From: Candidatus Bathyarchaeota archaeon
GTDB taxonomy: Archaea > Thermoproteota > Bathyarchaeia > 40CM-2-53-6
DNA length: 64,000 nucleotides
Reading direction: 5' to 3'
Assembly: GCA_963706285.1 (NCBI GenBank)
Contig: CAVPLU010000014.1
Location: 32,211 to 96,210 of the forward strand
Under the pieces are notes generated by a model that had not been told where the DNA came from, did not search any database, and was given only the letters and a program-made list of their open reading frames with translations. Both the position numbers and the translations under genes were made by a program. How positions within the stretch are numbered: position 1 is the first letter of the stretch; the number at the start of each line of letters is the position of its first letter. Positions 50,020 through 59,290 of this stretch are shown here, in pieces.

Positions 50020-51372
50020 TTAAGACAAATAGCCCCACGCGAGCAACAGATCCGTGTCTCTGTACCAACGTTCTCCAATGTCTGTGCGGTAGAACAGATT
50101 CGGTATGATTATGTTCCTAACCCGATTGTATGCTTCCCGTCTCGCGTCTTCTACTGTCTGTCCTGAACCAGTTATCACCAGTGCATAGCCTGAGCTGCCC
50201 GCTAGCCGCCAATCTCCGTTTACAAGTTTCGCGTCGCCGTGATGAATGCCGCTTGTCATTGGCTTCTTGAAGATGATCACAGCGTCTTCCGAATAGCGCT
50301 TGTATGCTGAAGAATCTGAGAATGGATAAGGAGGAACAGCAACGACAACGCCGATCTGGAATCCTCGCTGAGTTCGCAAAGCAAATTGCTGCTTATTTGC
50401 CAAAGCGTACAGGAACTCGCCCCATTTGCTTGTGACACCCTCCATCTGAATGCTGATTGTTGGATAGCCAAATCGTGGAGTGATCTCCAGTGGATAAATG
50501 CCGCGAGAGTTGACGATGCAGTTAATGTCGAAGTACCCTATGAAACCCATTTCCGCCAAGATCGGCCTGAACTTCACCAATGTTTCCTCATGGAGACGGC
50601 TCTTTTCAGTCCAAAACATGAGAGTTCCCATCTCGCCGGTGCTGGGGCCGATCTCTCCATTGAACATCCGTTTATGCTCGAAGTTGATGCACACTGGGAG
50701 AATGAAGTTCTCTCCGTTGAAGAATGCTCCAACAGCCACTTCAACGCCAGATACGAAGCGTTGCACCTGGAAACTCTTGATTTTGGTGCTCCAAGCATTC
50801 TTGTATCTTTCAAGTACAGCCAGAACGTCGAGTCCATCTTCTTCTTGCCCAACGAACGAAAGCACCTTGTCGTCCTGGGCTTTTCCGCTCGGCTTGATGA
50901 CATATCGTCCTGGATTGCCCTTTACGAAGCTGATCGCATCATCGAAAGTGGTGAATTCCCGGGAGGGAATAGTCAGCAGGCCTGCCTTCTTCATCTGCTC
51001 CTGACCGAAATCACGATCAAGCTCCAATCGATCAGTTGCAGCAGTTCCACCTATCACTGCTTTTCCTTCTTTGCGCAGGCGCTCTGCGGTTGCCCCAAAA
51101 CCAATGTCATCGAAAATGATGACGTCTGCCCAATCCTTCAATGATTCCCAATCGTCAGTCTTGTCAACAAAACCATCAGAGACGTCTTTGTCGGCTTTGC
51201 TTCGAATGCAATACCGAACTTCATTTCCTTCATTCTTCACTGCATACGCAAGATCGCCAATCAAACCTACGTCGGAAATGAAAAGGAATTTCTTCGACGC
51301 GGAACGTTCATCCTGTTTACGCGATTCGTTTTGTTGAATAGTAGAATCGCTAGAAGCTTTCTCGTTCGGCAT
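50020..51372 (-). CDS. purD: Phosphoribosylamine--glycine ligase (divergent type)
   Basis: LELDR.FG, VIKP.G, EHKR...G.IGP.TGEMG, LEITPRFGYP, YRTDIG. Confidence 0.85.
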   Translation of the reverse strand: MPNEKASSDSTIQQNESRKQDERSASKKFLFISDVGLIGDLAYAVKNEGNEVRYCIRSKADKDVSDGFVDKTDDWESLKDWADVIIFDDIGFGATAERLRKEGKAVIGGTAATDRLELDRDFGQEQMKKAGLLTIPSREFTTFDDAISFVKGNPGRYVIKPSGKAQDDKVLSFVGQEEDGLDVLAVLERYKNAWSTKIKSFQVQRFVSGVEVAVGAFFNGENFILPVCINFEHKRMFNGEIGPSTGEMGTLMFWTEKSRLHEETLVKFRPILAEMGFIGYFDINCIVNSRGIYPLEITPRFGYPTISIQMEGVTSKWGEFLYALANKQQFALRTQRGFQIGVVVAVPPYPFSDSSAYKRYSEDAVIIFKKPMTSGIHHGDAKLVNGDWRLAGSSGYALVITGSGQTVEDARREAYNRVRNIIIPNLFYRTDIGERWYRDTDLLLAWGYLS

Positions 51373-51533
51373 GGCGCACTAGTGAGCTTGCAGCAAGCTA
51401 TAACGATGCCGAAATAGTCTGTGCAGTCGCGATCGTTGTTTCGAATTCGCGCAAAGAGCGTAACGACTGAAGAAGAGAGTGAACGATCAGCTAGCGTTGT
51501 ACGGGATTTCCAGTCATCTGCTGATTTCTGTGC

Positions 51534-52097
51534 CTACGATTGTTTGCCACCGCACTTTGGGCAGAACTTGGCCTCTGATCGAATTCTGTCACCACATTCG
51601 ATACAGAATTTGGATTCGGTTTCAGCCTGTGGCGTAATCGGTGCTGGTTGAGTTGAAGATCGCGCAGCTATTGTAGATTTGAGGGTCTGAACCAAGTCTT
51701 CGCTTACGCCGAATCCTCTTCCGAATATGTACGAGTGTGCCGGCGGTTGGAGATTCGGGTGATCCACACGTAGATGTCTTCCTCCGAACTTGTGTTCAAT
51801 CGCAACGTTGCTGATTTCTTCTAGTGGGATGGAATAGCTTCCTTCGTACTTTGAGAAATCCTCCAACTCGGACTTTGAAGCCATCTTCTCAAATTCAGCC
51901 TGAAAGAGCGGACCGGCAGCGAAGGTTGACCACTTGCCTTTGGGAATGAACACGAGTCTCCGATTGGTGAGCAGAAGAGAACCCAGTTCGTATCCCATGA
52001 CCATAACGGGAGCGGCGGATTTGTAGGACCTAACACCCGCTTCCTGTTTGAGCAGAATCTCTCCAGACATTGGAATCAAGTTAGTGAAATCGTACAT
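51534..52097 (-). CDS. PH-like domain protein with C-terminal double zinc ribbon
   Basis: G.LLLTNRRLVF and IPLEEI PH/GRAM-like motifs; FCIECG...AKFCPKCG. Confidence 0.7.
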   Translation of the reverse strand: MYDFTNLIPMSGEILLKQEAGVRSYKSAAPVMVMGYELGSLLLTNRRLVFIPKGKWSTFAAGPLFQAEFEKMASKSELEDFSKYEGSYSIPLEEISNVAIEHKFGGRHLRVDHPNLQPPAHSYIFGRGFGVSEDLVQTLKSTIAARSSTQPAPITPQAETESKFCIECGDRIRSEAKFCPKCGGKQS

Positions 52098-52172
52098 TAT
52101 TTCTTAAGGATATTCACTGGCTTTGCACGCGCTGGAGCCCCAGGCATGCTTCCCGCGTAAGGCGGTCTCACA

Positions 52173-54047
52173 TTATTTGGGCAGGGATTCTAGGTATCTG
52201 TTGATTTCTGTCTCGGCGTTGTCTGCTGTGATGAAGATTGGAACGTTCTCCATTCCTGTGGCTATGTAGCTTGAGAGCAGCCACCGGCCCGGCGAGAACT
52301 CCAGAGTCTTTTCGAGTATGCTCGGATCGATTGTGAACGTTGTGCTGACCAGGCTTCGATCATACTGGCGAGGCAGTGTGCCAACAAAGTACGTGTGAAG
52401 CTGTTGAAGTGCATTCGTGTTGAGATAGGCGATTCTCTGTGTCGCGATGCATCCGCCAAGCCCATACTTGCGGCCTTGCCTGAGAAGCGTCTCAACCGCT
52501 TCTGTGCATTCACGCTCGATTCCACGAGCCTCAGATGTCGCAGGAGCAAACTCCTGAGCTTCATCGAACACAAACAAAACCCACGGCTTGACCTTGAATT
52601 TCCGTTTGCGGTTCCAAAGCGTCTCCCTAGTCAAATCAACCGCAAGCTGCTTGATTGTCACAGGATCAGAGATCGAAAGCGAGATGAGGCGAGTAGGTCC
52701 CTCAAGGAGACGATGTATCTTCTCAGTATCTAATCCTGGTCTGCTTTTCTCAGCGGCTCCCCTACGAATTGCGTCTAGGAGTTGTTTTCGCGATGTCGCC
52801 CAGCCGTAGACGTTGCTCTTATCGCTGACTTTGTACCGTTCCACGGCGCCTTGGGCTGTCGTGTCCAAGAACGTAACGAATTCTTCATCGATCTCGTCTA
52901 GCTCGTTTCTGTTTTCTTTGGTCATGTATTCGGCGACTGCCGACGATATGGCTTCGAGCGCCTCAAGGTAGACTTGCTTACCAGAGCTTTCGCCTATCAT
53001 CGAGCCAATTGCCACTAGAATGTCCGTGTAGCGAGGAACCACAAACCTAGGTTTGACGTATCGGTCAACTCTACCTAGTTCCATTATGGTTTGGAAGGCT
53101 TTGACTGGTCGCTCGTCCTTCTCAAACTCTCGCGGCTTCACGACCGAGTCATACAGTTGAGTTGCATTTTTGATCTGATCTTCTAGGACTATTTTGGAAG
53201 GAATGGCCTTGTCAGCGAACACGTCCATGAGCAGGAACGGATACTCCATCGAGATGTCGAAGATCACTACCTTCGTGTCCTTAGTGTGATAGATGAGGCG
53301 GCGTAGAATATTCGAGAGTAGGTTGGATTTTCCGCCGCCTGTGAATGAGAAGATGCCAAAGTGGTAGCGTAGTAGGTTCTCGAAGTTCACGTAGATCGGA
53401 ACCCTGATCTTCTCAGATTCGAACATCTTGATGACGCCAAGACGTGGGTCCTCACGTGCCACATCGGTCGTTTTCAGCTTCTTCCAGTCGACACCCATCT
53501 CTTCAAGGATTCTGCGATTGTACATTTGGTGAATCATATCTTGGTTGAGGATGTGTGTCTCCTCTCCAACGATCGGGTAGGAGAATCCCTTCACGTACTC
53601 TGGTTCGCCTTTGTCGGCGATAACGAGGTCATAGTTGATCGGGATCGCTTGTACCTGGATCATCATGGTGGATCTGTCGTTGGAGTCCCAGTCCCGAACT
53701 GACTGCTGGATAATCTCAAACTGCATTGGGTAGTAGCTTTGATCGGATAAGCCGCGCAAGCCGAAATGCTCCGGCCTGATACTGGCGATTTCTGAGAGCG
53801 TGTATCTCTCGCCTCCTTCCTTCGTTGCTCGAAAGTTCCTAACCGCAAGTATCATCCCCTCTTCCACCAGACGCATAATGTCTCTCTGATACTCGGCTTT
53901 CACGGTGCACTCGTACCGAGCGGTGGTGCTGATCTGTGTGGTTTCGGGCGTCGGGCCGTAGCGCGGGCGAACCATTGCCACCCGCGCTTTGAATCTCCCG
54001 TCGAAGTCTGTGAAGTATCGCTTAAGGTCCTCTTCTCGTTGATTCAA
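52173..54047 (-). CDS. HerA-family ATPase/helicase
   Basis: HFGIF..TGGGKS Walker A, IFD..MEY, VFDEAQEF Walker B, RQGRKYG....ATQR. Confidence 0.9.
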   Translation of the reverse strand: MNQREEDLKRYFTDFDGRFKARVAMVRPRYGPTPETTQISTTARYECTVKAEYQRDIMRLVEEGMILAVRNFRATKEGGERYTLSEIASIRPEHFGLRGLSDQSYYPMQFEIIQQSVRDWDSNDRSTMMIQVQAIPINYDLVIADKGEPEYVKGFSYPIVGEETHILNQDMIHQMYNRRILEEMGVDWKKLKTTDVAREDPRLGVIKMFESEKIRVPIYVNFENLLRYHFGIFSFTGGGKSNLLSNILRRLIYHTKDTKVVIFDISMEYPFLLMDVFADKAIPSKIVLEDQIKNATQLYDSVVKPREFEKDERPVKAFQTIMELGRVDRYVKPRFVVPRYTDILVAIGSMIGESSGKQVYLEALEAISSAVAEYMTKENRNELDEIDEEFVTFLDTTAQGAVERYKVSDKSNVYGWATSRKQLLDAIRRGAAEKSRPGLDTEKIHRLLEGPTRLISLSISDPVTIKQLAVDLTRETLWNRKRKFKVKPWVLFVFDEAQEFAPATSEARGIERECTEAVETLLRQGRKYGLGGCIATQRIAYLNTNALQQLHTYFVGTLPRQYDRSLVSTTFTIDPSILEKTLEFSPGRWLLSSYIATGMENVPIFITADNAETEINRYLESLPK

Positions 54048-55917
54048 ATTCAGCTCTCCTTTCTCTAAACGTGCTCATATAGAAAACGAACTCGCGTAAG
54101 TCATGGTTCGTCATAATCCAGTCCCTCGTCGTTTCAACAATTCTCCTGAACTCACGCGCATGCCACTTCGCGACATTGTCCGCGATGAAGAGAGGCACAT
54201 TGTGGCCGAACGCTTCAGGAATACTTGTGCTCGTCATCGCACTTAGTGCAACCATAGTGAGGTTCTGGATATCATTGCGAGCTTCCTTGTTCGGGAAGAG
54301 TATTGGTTTCACCTTCTCCTCGACGCCTCCATACTCGTGAGAAAGCTCGCATACAAGATTAGGATTCAAATCCAATTCCGGACAAACTAGCCGATCCATG
54401 AGTAGGACATTGCTACGCAGCTTCGGGTCCTGCTCAGCCTGTGCAAGCTGGATATACGACTTCAAGAACAGTCGCTCAGAGTTCACTCTGTTCTGGACGG
54501 CGCCGCTCACAAATCCCTCTCTACCGGGCGTGTTGTCTTTGGGTAGTTCGGGGACCATGGTCTTGAAGGCGGTATCATACTCGACGAGCGCCCACGGAAC
54601 CGACAGCTTCTCCCAATTGTGAACAGAGGCGGACTGAAGGAGCATCCTGTCAGTTCTAGGAATGTTATCCATAGCCTCGCCTGATAGGTCAAGCTTCCAC
54701 ATGTGCTCGCTACTGCAAATCTTGACTACCTGGCGTTGGAAGTCTCGGGCGGCGGTGTCCTTCGTGAGGCCGATCAATAGAACCGGCTTCTTCCAGCACT
54801 CCTCGATCATCATGTTGAGAGAGAAGAGGGTGAGGAACGCCATGTCAACCGTCGTGAGCCAAGTTTGTTTGCCGGCTTTCGTGATCATCATCGGGTTCGG
54901 TCGCTCGGTCAACGGCTGATCAAGGAACAGGCGGTCACCGATGGTGCGCGTGAGCTTCTTCATTCGCTCCCAACAATTCCGATACTCCTCCCTCAAAGCA
55001 TAGCTGGAGCCTGTCGACTGAATGTAGTTAGCCTTCTCGAGGCCGTCTAGGATCTTCTTGGCTCTACGTTTGCAGTTGGCGTGTTCAAGATGGAGTCGCC
55101 CGCAGAGTTCGTCGAGCGTGAGCGAGCTTGCGGTTTCGAGTTCGTAGAGAAGGCGCGGTCTCAGATAGTCGCCTCTGGGTGGTGGAAGGTCGAGCGTTTT
55201 GTTGATGAATCGGTGGCGACAGTAAATCATCTCCTCCATGCGTACTGGTTGCCCGTCGAGGTCATAACCGCAGAGGCCTGACTTCTCTCTGAGCCTTTGA
55301 CCATGCGCTGTGTCGCTGATGAGGGCGGAATGCTCGCCTGAGAGGGTCCGATCCATCAGCAGGATCCGCACCTCCTCGTCGACGATGAGCCTGTAGGCGA
55401 GATAGAACTCTGAGAACGCCATTATCCAGTCGGCGATTCGTGAATTATCGAATACCGCCTTGTCATCGAGAGGTTTCTTGGCGCCGATCGCGTCGATCAT
55501 AGAATCGACATCAGAGACCTCATTCACATAGAGTGGAACACAGCTTGAGATGCCTCGACCATGTTCGAGTAGCTTGCCCGCATGCTCGACCGACGGCTTA
55601 GCGTCCTTGTGGAATGTGATCCAGCCGAAGGAGACGTAGGCGCCGCCGAAGAAGATGATCAGATCGAACATGTTGCGAGCGTACTCGGTTCCGTCGACAG
55701 CGGCGAACTTCACACGGTCGGAACCGAACAGCTTCAAAGCGGTCTCATGCGCCCGTTCCACACTGAAGTCTTGAACGATAAGGTTCGAGAGGAGCGCCTC
55801 ATAGACGCCGCTCGCTGAGGAGAATCGCTGGCTGTAGTCGGATATGCGGTCTAAGGCGCCTGCTTTCAGAAAATGGCCGGCTCGCTTCAGCTGACTGCTG
55901 AGGAATGATGTCTCCAT
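54022..55917 (-). CDS. NurA-family nuclease with inserted winged-helix domain
   Basis: FAAVDGT, ILLMDRTL, IGLTKD, GHNVPLFIAD; internal LLYELE...LTLDELCGRL...KKILDGLEKANYI wHTH; overlaps herA. Confidence 0.75.
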   Translation of the reverse strand: METSFLSSQLKRAGHFLKAGALDRISDYSQRFSSASGVYEALLSNLIVQDFSVERAHETALKLFGSDRVKFAAVDGTEYARNMFDLIIFFGGAYVSFGWITFHKDAKPSVEHAGKLLEHGRGISSCVPLYVNEVSDVDSMIDAIGAKKPLDDKAVFDNSRIADWIMAFSEFYLAYRLIVDEEVRILLMDRTLSGEHSALISDTAHGQRLREKSGLCGYDLDGQPVRMEEMIYCRHRFINKTLDLPPPRGDYLRPRLLYELETASSLTLDELCGRLHLEHANCKRRAKKILDGLEKANYIQSTGSSYALREEYRNCWERMKKLTRTIGDRLFLDQPLTERPNPMMITKAGKQTWLTTVDMAFLTLFSLNMMIEECWKKPVLLIGLTKDTAARDFQRQVVKICSSEHMWKLDLSGEAMDNIPRTDRMLLQSASVHNWEKLSVPWALVEYDTAFKTMVPELPKDNTPGREGFVSGAVQNRVNSERLFLKSYIQLAQAEQDPKLRSNVLLMDRLVCPELDLNPNLVCELSHEYGGVEEKVKPILFPNKEARNDIQNLTMVALSAMTSTSIPEAFGHNVPLFIADNVAKWHAREFRRIVETTRDWIMTNHDLREFVFYMSTFRERRAEFESTRRGP

Positions 55918-56101
55918 TTCTGAAAGCCTAGGCGTGAGCCTTGCACGCTCCCTTCGCTTAATTGGGATGGAAGATCGTACGCTTATCGGGAGAGAGTCAT
56001 GTCAGCCTGTATTTAACACGGGCTCACAAGTGAAACTACTCTCAAAGAAACCATACGCTATTTCGGACAAGAAGGACCAACTACGCTTCGCTGTTGGTCT
56101 G

Positions 56102-56380
56102 CTACTTGTATGCTCGTGATCTAAACTCTAGGGCCAAGATGCTGATTCGTTTAGATTCCCAGGCCACTTCGTATTCGATGCGGATGTCTCCTATTCGTAT
56201 GCGGTAGGTGTTCTTCAGTCCGTGCAGTTTCTTGACCTCATATTCAGGAACAGGTGCCGGATTCTGCTTCAACGCTTCAAACGCGAGGATTGCTCTATGC
56301 GCATACTGCTGGGGCAGTCTTTTCAGAGATTTTCTCGCACGGTTTGATATGACAATATCGAACAGAGGGTCACGCACCAA
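56102..56380 (-). CDS. relE: RelE/ParE-family toxin
   Basis: ARKSLKRL, VKKLHG...TYRIRIGDIRI.Y, RSRAYK. Confidence 0.9.
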   Translation of the reverse strand: MVRDPLFDIVISNRARKSLKRLPQQYAHRAILAFEALKQNPAPVPEYEVKKLHGLKNTYRIRIGDIRIEYEVAWESKRISILALEFRSRAYK

Positions 56381-56573
56381 TCTCTTTTCGGAGTTGGGCG
56401 AGCGTCACGAACGTACCCCTCTCGATTTCTCGGCGACCCAGAGCGATCTGTCTCTTCTCCGATGCGGTGGGTCGCTCCTCCGGCAAGAGGTCGGCTCGAA
56501 GCCGCAGAAGCTCAACCTTCACATCGTCAAGCTTAGTGATCACCTTGTGAAGTTCAATCTTCGTGACCGCCAT
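56370..56573 (-). CDS. Cognate antitoxin (archaeal RelB-like)
   Basis: 67 aa upstream of and overlapping relE; LLPEE.PT..E......R.EI.RG.FVTL..L pattern. Confidence 0.8.
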   Translation of the reverse strand: MAVTKIELHKVITKLDDVKVELLRLRADLLPEERPTASEKRQIALGRREIERGTFVTLAQLRKEIGA

Positions 56574-56930
56574 GATCTCTCATACCGAGAGAATGTATGT
56601 CCGCATACTAAGACTTACGGTGCAGGTCGACGCGTCTAGAATCTCGGTATATGCCCGGTGAACTGGATCTGCTGCCGAGAGCATCATCGACGGAACAAAG
56701 GCCTTCTCATGATTCACCTCATCAGCTCTGATGCCCTCTAACATTTATCGACTAGGAGAAGCGGCGATTCTCGCGTTCGCTCCTCCATGGGATCGGAGAG
56801 TGTTTCGCGTGGTGGTTGTGTGCTTAAGGGTACACATCTAAGAAGGGTGAATGCTTATTGGCGGTGTTCTGTTCGCGTGTCAGTTCTCATCATAGCGCAT
56901 CTTAAGCGGATTGCTGTTAGGGAGCATTGG

Positions 56931-57314
56931 ATGCTGTCAGATCTGGCTAGGATGCTGATCTGTCTAGGCGCGGCTGGCACGTATCTGAGGCTGGGAGATC
57001 CTGAGGTCTCGGACAGGTTCAAGACGTTGGCGAGCTTGAGTGGAGCACTCAACGCATTAGACACAACTTTGGGTCGAGTGAGTCGTCGCCATCACGCCTC
57101 GCGTGGGCTGGCTAGATCAGAATTGTTAGCTCTACGCCTACCAACGGGCCTCACAAGCCTCATCACAACATATGCGAGGACTAGTGGGAGATCACGAAAC
57201 GAAGCCTTGACGATGTTTCTGGAGCGCGGCTTAATCATCTACCTGAAAGCAGAAAAGATGCTACTAGAAACAATCCAATCAGTCGAAGCCGAGTCCGTCA
57301 AGAGAATGAAATAA
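56931..57314 (+). CDS. Hypothetical protein with C-terminal ribbon-helix-helix
   Basis: LALRLP.GL...I..YA...GRSRNEAL..FLERGL resembles CopG/RHH. Confidence 0.55.
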   Translation: MLSDLARMLICLGAAGTYLRLGDPEVSDRFKTLASLSGALNALDTTLGRVSRRHHASRGLARSELLALRLPTGLTSLITTYARTSGRSRNEALTMFLERGLIIYLKAEKMLLETIQSVEAESVKRMK

Positions 57315-57419
57315 GATGAAGCAGTCGCTAGTGTATGATTTGCAGGAGCCGTTTCGTTGGATAGCTGATGTAACGGTGATAGATGCTTTCGAATGTGTAT
57401 CTCGAACTCGACGACTACC

Positions 57420-57708
57420 AAGTCCAGAGTTGCGCCGAGAGCGCAGGATTACATCAAGACCTTCATGCGAGCAAACGCGCTTCTGAACGGCAGATGTAAG
57501 GTCACCATGTCGGACTTGTCTTCTGTATGATCTTGTGCATCCGCTCTTCCTGAACAGCGTGGGCGAACTGGGAACAGAGAACCGTTTGCTATCGCTCATC
57601 AAGAAGAATCCGGACAAGCCGGATAAGGAGATTATCAAGATGAGCGGTCTTTCAAAGGGAACCTTCTACAAGTACAAGAAGATTCTCCAACAGAAGAATC
57701 TGATCTGA
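57420..57708 (+). pseudogene. C-terminal fragment of an AAA+ (MCM/MoxR-like lid) plus wHTH protein
   Basis: Manual translation PRAQDYIKTFMRANALLNGRCKVTMSDL, frameshift, LYDLVHPLF...DKEIIKMSGLSKGTFYKYKKILQQKNLI*; no P-loop upstream. Confidence 0.55.
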
Positions 57709-57724
57709 CGTGACTTCACTGAAA

Positions 57725-58154
57725 TCAAAACGAACGGAGTATCTTTTCCTTCACACTCACCGGATTCTCGCTTTAATTCGTGTTCCCACACCTCGATGAC
57801 TCTCCAACCCATTGATTCCAGCTCTCGCTTGACGAGCCGATCCCTCGCCCTATTCCGTTCGAATTTCGTCGCCCAGAACTCGCGGTTTCTTTTCGGAAGG
57901 GCGAAAGCACACCGAGGACACCTGTGCCAGAAGCAACCATGCAAGAAGACAACCATCTTCTTCCTCGGGAAAACGAAGTCGGGTTTCCCTGGCAGGTCGT
58001 TCTTGCTGATCTTCTTTCGAAGAAGTCTGGACAGAAGCAGCTCGGGTCTTGTCCCGGACGATTTGTTGGCCTGCATTGACTTCGATACGCTTGCACTGGT
58101 TGACTTTGGAGTGCTCAAGGTGCCCCAGCGGTTTGCGCCACGGCATTTCATCAT
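57725..58154 (-). CDS. vsr: Very-short-patch repair endonuclease Vsr (apparent frameshift near 57771)
   Basis: M.ANKS.GT.PE, LPGKPDF, FLHGCFWH.C, FW..KF.RN..RD, GW.V..VWE; corrected end ENPVSVKEKILRSF* at 57725. Confidence 0.92.
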
Positions 58155-58172
58155 GGAATCTATCAAAAACCA

Positions 58173-58180
58173 TTTATAAA
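58173..58180. promoter_or_regulatory. Palindromic TATA box between divergent vsr and methyltransferase
   Basis: TTTATAAA about 20 nt from the start codons on both strands. Confidence 0.55.
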
Positions 58181-58200
58181 GACTCTTTCAATGACAAACG

Positions 58201-59290
58201 GTGTCGAAAGCCATCGATACCCTAGGCGTAGAAGTAGTGCCGGAAGCCATGGATACACCGGGCGTCATTGACGTCTTTTGCGGTATTGGAGGGCTGACTC
58301 ACGGATTTTTCAAAGAGGATTTCAAGATTCTCGGGGGAATAGACGTAGACGCCTCTTGCAAGTACGCGTTCGAAAGCAACAACAAGGCTCCGTTCGTAAA
58401 CAAGTCAATAGAAGACGTCAAGTCTGACGAAGTCTCGGCGCTCTTCGGCGAATGCAAAACCAAGATACTGATCGGATGCGCGCCTTGCCAACCGTTCTCC
58501 ATGTACAACAGGAAGAAAAGCGAGAACGCCAAGTGGAAACTGCTTAGGAATTTCTCGAGGCTCGTGTCGGACATCCGACCGGACATAGTGTCAATGGAAA
58601 ATGTGCCGCAGCTTTGCCATCACCGGGTATTCGGCGAGTTTCTTAGGGATTTGAAGAGGGCGGGCTACACGGTTTCTCAGTATGTGGTCTTTTGCCCTGA
58701 CTACGGCGTCCCTCAGAGAAGGAGAAGACTGGTCCTTTTCGCTTCCAAGTTCGGCGAAATTAAGTTATTGCCCAAGACCCACTCGCCCAAGAACTACAAG
58801 AGAGTCAGGAATGCAATATTCAAGCTAAGACCCATAGGATCTGGCGAGGTCGGACCCCAAGGACCCGTTGCACAGATCCCAGAAACTCAGCCCACTGAAC
58901 TTGATACGGATCAGAAACACACCCGAAGGTGGCGCATGGCAGAGTTGGGATGATTCTCTCAAGTTGAAATGCCACAAGAAGAAGAAAGGCCACTCGTTCC
59001 GAGCTGTATACGGCAGAATGCGATGGGACGACCTGGGCTCAACAATCACGACGCAATCCTTCAAGTTGGGTACCGGCAGATTCGGTCACCCAGAGCAAGA
59101 CAGGGCGATATCGATAAGGGAAGCAGCTCTGCTGCAAACCTTCCCGAAATACTACAAGTTCGTCAGAGACCAATCGGACATCACTTTCGTGGAGCTGTCC
59201 AGACACATCGGAAATGCAGTGCCCGTCAGGCTCGGCAGGGTCATCGCGAAGAGCATCAAGAAACACTTGGAGCAGATTGGCAATGAGTGA
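58201..59290 (+). CDS. dcm: C5 DNA cytosine methyltransferase (1-nt frameshift near 58851)
   Basis: FCGIGG, APCQPFS, ENV, PQRRRR in first ORF; REAALLQTFP and GNAVP in second; removing one G gives GEVDPKDPLHRS. Confidence 0.93.

Noticed and set aside
50386-51144. 252-aa plus-strand ORF, and similar long antisense ORFs elsewhere
   Set aside because: Antisense shadow of purD with no motifs
56700-56735. Minus-strand CTGATGAG suggesting a hammerhead ribozyme
   Set aside because: No stem II followed by GAAA
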